Notes under the pieces: model-generated | The model's input: only the letters and a program-made list of their open reading frames with translations | Database searches by the model: none | What the model was told of the DNA's origin: nothing | Position numbers and translations under genes: made by a program | In this document: piece after piece, positions 57,701 through 64,000 of the stretch | How the letters are laid out: every line of letters begins with the position of its first letter | Numbering within the stretch: position 1 is the stretch's first letter | Origin: the human T2T-CHM13v2.0 reference genome, Homo sapiens | Assembly: GCF_009914755.1 (NCBI RefSeq) | Contig: NC_060925.1 | Length of the DNA: 64,000 nt | Strand: one strand, 5' to 3'

Positions 57701-60700
57701 CTCAAATGGAATTATCCTCAAATGGAATGGAATGGAATTATCGACTGCAATCGAATGGAATTATCGAATGCAATCGAATAGAATCATCGAATGGACTCGA
57801 ATGGAATCATCGAATGGAATGGAATGGAACAGTCAATGAACTCGAATGGAATCATCATTGAATGGAATCGAATGGAATCATCGAGTGGAATCGAATGGAA
57901 TTATGATCAAATGGAATCGAATGTAATCATCATCAAATGGAATCAAAAATAACCATCATCAATTGGTATTGAATGGAATTGTCATCAAATGGAATTCAAA
58001 GGAATCATCATCAAATGGAACCGAATGGAATCCTCATTGAATGGAAATGAAAGGGGTCATCATCTAATGGAATCGCATGGAATCATCATCAAATGGAATC
58101 GAAAGGAATCATCATCAAATGGAATCTGATGGAATCATTGAACAGAATTGAATGGAATCGTCATCGAATGAATTGAATGCACTCATCGAATGGTCTCGAA
58201 TGGAATCATCTTCTAATGGAAAGGAATGGAATCATCGCATAAAATCGAATGGAATTAACATTGAATGGACTCGAATGGAATCAACATCAAACGGAATCAA
58301 GCCGAATTATCGAATGGAATCGAAGAGAATCAAAGAATGGACTCGAATGGAATCATCTAATGGAATGGAATGGAATAATCCACGGACCCGAATGCAATCA
58401 TCATCGAATGGAATCGAATGGAATCATCGAATGGACTCGAATGGAATAAACATTGAACGGAATCGAATGGAATCATCATCGGATGGAAACGAATGGAATC
58501 ATCATCGAATGGAAATGAAAGGAATCATCATCTAATGGAATTGCATGGAATCATCATCAAATGGAATCGAATGGAATCAACATCAAATGGAATCAAATGG
58601 AATCATTGAACGGAATTGAATGGAATCGTCATCGAATGAATTGAATGCAATCATCGAATGGTCTCGAATGGAATCATCTTCAAATGGAATGGAAAGCAAT
58701 CATCGCATAGAATCGAATGGAATTATCATCGAATGGAATCGAATCGTATCAACATCAAACGGAAAAAAACGGAATTATCGAATGGAATCGAAGAGAATCT
58801 TCGAACGGACCCGAATGGAATCATCTAATGGAATGGAATGGAACAATCCATGGACTGGTAGGCAAACATCATTGAACGGAATCGAATGGAATCATCATCG
58901 GATGGACACGACTGGAATCATCATCGAATGGAAATGAAAGGAGTCATCATCTAATGGAATTGCATGGAATCATCATAAAATGGAATCAAATGGAATCAAC
59001 ATCAAATGGAATCAAATGGAATCATTGAACGGAATTGAATGGAATCGTCATCGAATGAATTGAATGCAATCATCGAATGGTCTCGAATGGAATCATCTTC
59101 AAATGGAATGGAATGGAATCATCGCATAAAATCGAATGGAATTATCATCGAATGGAATCGAATGGAATCAACATCAAACGGAAAAAAACGGAATTATCGA
59201 ATGGAATCGAATAGAATCATCGAATGGACCCGAATGGAATCATCTAATGGAATGGAATGGAATAATCCATGGACTCGAATGCAATCATCATCGAATGGAA
59301 TCGAATGGAATCATCCAATGGACTCGAATGGAATAATCATTGAACGGAATCGAATGGAATCATCATCGGATGGAAATGAATGGAATCATCATCGAATGGA
59401 ATCGAATAGAATTATGGAATGAAATCCAGTGTGATCATCATCGAATGGACCCGAATTGAATCATCATCCAACGGATTCTAATGGAATCAACATCGAATGA
59501 ATCAAATGGAAACACCATCGAATTGAAACGAATGGAATTACAATGAAATTGAAATGGATGGACTCATCATCGAATGGATTCGAATGGAATCATCGAATAA
59601 AATTGATTGAAATCATCATCGAATGGAATCGAATGGTATCATTGAATGGAATCGAATGGAATCATCATCAGATGGAAATGAATGGAATCGTCATAGAATG
59701 GAATCGAATGGATTCATTGAATGGAATCAGATGGAATCATCGAATGGACTGGAAAGGAATCATTGAATGGACTCGAAAGAGATCATTATTGAATTGAATT
59801 GAATGGAATCATCGAATGGTCTCGATTGGAATCATTATCAAATGGAATCGAATGGAATCACCGAATAGAATCGAATGGAACAATCATCGAAAGGACTCAA
59901 ATTGAATTATCCTCACATGGAATCGAATGGAATTATCGAATGCAATCGAATGGAAATATCGAATGCAATCGAATAGAATCATCGAAGGGACTCGAATGGA
60001 ATCATCGAATGGAATGGAATGGAACAGTCAATGAAGTCGAATGGAATCATCATTGAATGGAATCGAATGGAATCATCGAGTGGAATCGAATGGAATTATG
60101 ATCAAATGGAATCGAATGTAATCATCATCAAATGGAATCAAAAATAACCATCATCAATTGGTATTGAATGGAATTGTCATCAAATGAAATTCAAAGGAAT
60201 CATCATCAAATGGAACCGAATGGAATCCTCATTGAATGGAAATGAAAGGGGTCATCATCTAATGGAATCGCATGGAATCATCATCAAATGGAATCGAATG
60301 GAATCATCATCAAATGGAATCTAATGGAATCATTGAACAGAATTGAATGGAATCGTCATCGAATGAATTGAATGCAATCATCGAATGGTCTCGAATGGAA
60401 TCATCTTCTAATGGAAAGGAACGGAATCATCTCATAGAATCGAATGGAATTATCATCGAATGGAATCGAATGGTATCAACACCAAACGGAAAAAAACGGA
60501 ATTATCGAATGGAATCGAAGAGAATCTTCGAACGGACCCGAATGGAATCATCTAATGGAATGGAATGGAATAATCCATGGACTCGAATGCAATCATCATC
60601 GAATGGAATCGAATGGAATCATCGAATAGGCTCGAATGGAATAATCATTGAACGGAATCGAATGGAATCATCATCGGATGGAAACGAATGGAATCATCAT

Positions 60701-63700
60701 CGAATGGAAATGAAAGCAGTCATCATCTAATGGAATTGCATGGAATCATCATAAAATGGAATCGAATGGAATCAACATCAAATGGAATCAAATGGAATCA
60801 TTGAACGGAATTGAATGGAATCGTCATCGAATGAATTGAATGCAATCATCGAATGGTCTCGAATGGAATCATCTTCAAATGGAAGGGAATGGAATCATCG
60901 CATAGAATCGAATGGAATTATCATCGAATGGAATCGAATGGAATCAACATCAAACGGAAAAAAACGGAATTATCGAATGGAATCGAAGAGAATCATCGAA
61001 TGGACCCGAATGGAATCATCTAATGGTATGGAATGGAATAATCCATGGACTCGAATGCAATCATCATCGAATGGAATCGAATGGAATCATCGAATGGACT
61101 CGAATGGAATAATCATTGAACGGAATCGAATGGAATTATCATCGGATGGAAATGAAAGGAGTCATCATCTAATGGAATTGCATGGAATCATCATAAAATG
61201 GAATCGAATGGAATCAACATCAAATGGAATCAAATGGAATCATTGAACGGAATTGAATGGAATCATCATCGAATGAATTGAATGCAATCATCGAATGGTC
61301 TCGAATGGAATCATCTTCAAATGGAATGGAATGGAATCATCGCATAGAATCGAATGGAATTATCATCGAATGGAATCGAATGGAATCAACATCAAACGGA
61401 AAAAAACGGAATTATCGAATGGAATCGAAGAGAATCATCGAATGGACCCGAATGGAATCATCTAATGGAATGGAATGGAATAATCCATGGACTCGAAAGC
61501 AATCATCATCGAATGGAATCGAATGGAATCATCGAATGGACTCGAATGGAATAATCATTGAACGGAATCGAATGGAATCATCATCGGATGGAAACGAATG
61601 GAATCATCATCGAATGGAAATGAAAGGAGTCATCATCTAATGGAATTGCATGGAATCATCATAAAATGGAATCGAATGGAATCAACATCAAATGGAATCA
61701 AATGGAATCATTGAACGGAATTGAATGGAATCGTCATCGAATGAATTGAATGCAATCATCGAATGGTCTCGAATGGAATCATCTTCAAATGGAATGGAAT
61801 GGAATCATCGCATAGAATCGAATGGAATTATCATCGAATGGAATCGAATGGAATCAACATCAAACGGAAAAAAACGGAATTATCGAATGGAATCGAAGAG
61901 AATCATCGAATGGACCCGAATGGAATCATCTAATGGAATGGAATGGAATAATCCATGGACTCGAATGGAATCATCATCGAATGGAATCGAATGGAATCAT
62001 CGAATGGACTCGAATGGAATAATCATTGAACGGAATCGAATGGAATCGTCATCGGATGGAAATGAATGGAATCATCATCGAATGGAATCGAATAGAATTA
62101 TGGAATGAAATCCAGTGTGATCATCATCGAATGGACCCGAATGGAATCATCATCCAACGGAAGCTAATGGAATCAACATCGAATGAATCGAATGGAAACA
62201 CCATCGAATTGAAACGAATGGAATTACCATGAAATTGAAATGGATGGACTCATCATCGAATGGATTCGAATGGAATCATCGAATAAAATTGATTGAAATC
62301 ATCATCGAATGGAATCGAATGGTATCATTGAATGGAATCGAATGGAATCATCATCAGATGGAAATGAATGGAATCGTCATAGAATGGAATCGAATGGATT
62401 CATTGAATAGAATCAGATGGAATCATCGAATGGACTGGAATGGAATCATTGAATGGACTCGAAAGGGATCATTATTGAATGGAATTGAATGGAATCATCG
62501 AATGGTCTCGATTGGAATCATTATCAAATGGAATCGAATGGAATCACCGAATAGAATCGAATGGAACAATCATCGAATGGATTCAAATGGAATTATCCTC
62601 AAATGGAATGGAATGGAATTATCGAATGCAATCGAATGGAATTATCGAATGCAATCGAATAGAATCATCGAATGGACTCGAACGGAATCATCGAATGGAA
62701 TGGAATGGAACAGTCAATGAACTCGAATGGAATCATCATTGAATGGAATCGAATCGAATCATCGAGTGGAATCGAATGGAATTATGATCAAATGGAATCG
62801 AATGTAATCATCATCAAATGGAATCAAAAATAAACATCATCAATTGGTATTGAATGGAATTCTCATCAAATGGAATTCAAAGGAATCATCATCACATGGA
62901 ACTGAATGGAATCCTCATTGAATGGAAATGAAAGGGGTCATCATCTAATGGAATCGCATGGAATCATCATCAAATGGAATCGAATGGAATCATCATCAAA
63001 TGGAATCTGATGGAATCATTGAACAGAATTGAATGGAATCGTCATCGAATGAATTGAATGCAATCATCGAATGGTCTCGAATGTAATCACATTCTAATGG
63101 AAAGGAATGGAATCATCGCATAGAATCGAATGGAATTAACATTGAATGGACTCGAATGGAATCAACATCAAACGGAATCAAGCGGAATTATCGAATGGAA
63201 TCGAAGAGAATCATCGAATGGTCTCGAATGGAATCATCCTCTAATGGAAAGGAATGGAATCATCGCATAGAATCGAATGGAATTAACATTGAATGGACTC
63301 GAATGGAATCAACATCAAATGGAATCAAGCGGAATTATCGAATGAAATCGAAGAGAATCATCGAATGGACTCGAATGGAATCATCTAATGGAATGGAATG
63401 GAATAATCCACGGACTCGAATGCAATCATCATCGTATAGAATCGAATGGAATCATCGAAAGGACTCGAATGGAATAACCATTGAACGGAATCGAATGGAA
63501 TCATCATCGGATGGAAACGAATGGAATCATCATCGAATGGAAATGAAAGGAGTCATCATCTAATGGAATTGCATGGAATCATCATCAAATGGAATCGAAT
63601 GGAATCATCATCAAATGGAATCAAATGGAATCATTGAACGGAATTGAATGGAATCGTCATCGAATGAATTGAATGCAATCATCGAATGGTCTCGAATGGA

Positions 63701-64000
63701 ATCATCTTCTAATGGAATGGAATGGAATCATCGCATAGAATCGAATGGAATTATCATCCAATGGAATCGAATGGTATCAACATCAAACGGAAAAAAACGG
63801 AATTATCGAATGGAACCAAAGAGAATCTTCGAACGGACCCGAATGGAATCATCTAATGGAATGGAATGGAATAATCCATGGACTCGAATGAAATCATCAT
63901 CGAATGGAATCGAATGGAAACATTGAAAGGACTCGTATGGAATAATCATTGAACGGAATCGAATGGAATCATCATCGGATGGAAATGAATGGAATCATCA
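45728..64000 (+). repeat. Diverged mosaic zone rich in 2218-bp (S+S442+L) units and rearranged S modules
   Basis: Units: 45728 (2218), 47946 (2218), 50164 (1776), 51940 (1776), 53716 (2218), 55934 (2218), 58152 (2195), 60347 (2686), 63033 (S615), then a partial L. More private substitutions are visible per module than upstream. Confidence 0.88.
63062..63355 (+). repeat. Internal 147-bp tandem duplication in an S module (615 bp)
   Basis: aatcatcgaatggtctcga ... aaggaatgg ... attaacattgaatggactc ... atcaagcgg occurs twice, starting at 63062 and 63209. Confidence 0.88.

Larger units (their letters stand above)
1..64000. repeat. Human Satellite II (HSATII/HSat2) pericentromeric tandem array, HSat2A / chr1q12-type (1.77-kb family), GAATG strand on +
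   Basis: The entire window is diverged GGAAT pentamers arranged as gaatggaatcatcgaatggaatc (23 bp) and gaatggaatcatcatcgaatggaatc (26 bp). The minus strand carries the HSat2 signature CATTCGATTC and dense TCGA sites. The dominant period is 1776 bp with one conserved EcoRI site (ggaattcaaagg, e.g. 1410-1415). Subfamily and chromosome are inferred from the known 1.77-kb EcoRI repeat. Confidence 0.97.

Noticed and set aside
58857-58867. Foreign insertion or splice donor (ggtagg)
   Set aside because: It aligns without gaps to the satellite segment cgaatgcaatc. It is too short to assign another origin and has no exon context.
63062-63208. 147 bp equals the nucleosome core length
   Set aside because: It is fully explained as 3x49-bp sub-repeats, and a single event cannot support a chromatin link.
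262-63926. All supplied ORFs (MESSSNELNAIIEW..., MKLKWMDSS... and similar) as protein-coding genes
   Set aside because: They are low-complexity translations of the satellite in overlapping frames, and stops and frameshifts come and go between copies. No recognisable domain is present.
1-64000. CRISPR-like array of 23-26-bp repeats
   Set aside because: There are no unique spacers, leader or cas genes; the intervening sequence is itself satellite.
1-64000. HSat3 / simple (GGAAT)n, telomeric or alpha satellite
   Set aside because: Pure GGAAT runs are only about 3 units long, and TCGA and ATC-rich 23/26-mers dominate (HSat2). No TTAGGG arrays, 171-bp monomers or CENP-B box were seen.
1-64000. 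Inversions or L1/Alu insertions
   Set aside because: I saw no CATTC-strand tract, poly(A) tail or target-site duplication, and the module lengths account for all bases between 262 and 63647.

Overview
The whole 64 kb is one uninterrupted array of human-type Satellite II (HSATII/HSat2). It is GAATG-strand forward throughout and built from 23/26-bp sub-repeats such as gaatggaatcatc(atc)gaatggaatc. The 1776-bp EcoRI-bearing period matches the classic chromosome 1q12 HSat2A repeat (pUC1.77/D1Z1); the chromosomal assignment is inferred. I found no genes, RNA genes, transposons, CRISPR array or inversion, and the supplied ORFs are by-products of the repeat. I see no new protein-coding system. The interest is in the array architecture. 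Using the recurring 'atggaatcgtcatcgaatgaattg' anchor, 262-63647 parses exactly into 36 long modules (L, ~1308 bp) and 35 short modules (S, 468 bp, with 442/419/615-bp variants). These form a 12-unit L-only run containing a 6.54-kb duplication, a 7.57-kb duplication in the canonical S+L zone, and a more diverged mosaic zone after ~45.7 kb. Length-neutral 26-bp register shifts and dispersed paralogous blocks also occur.
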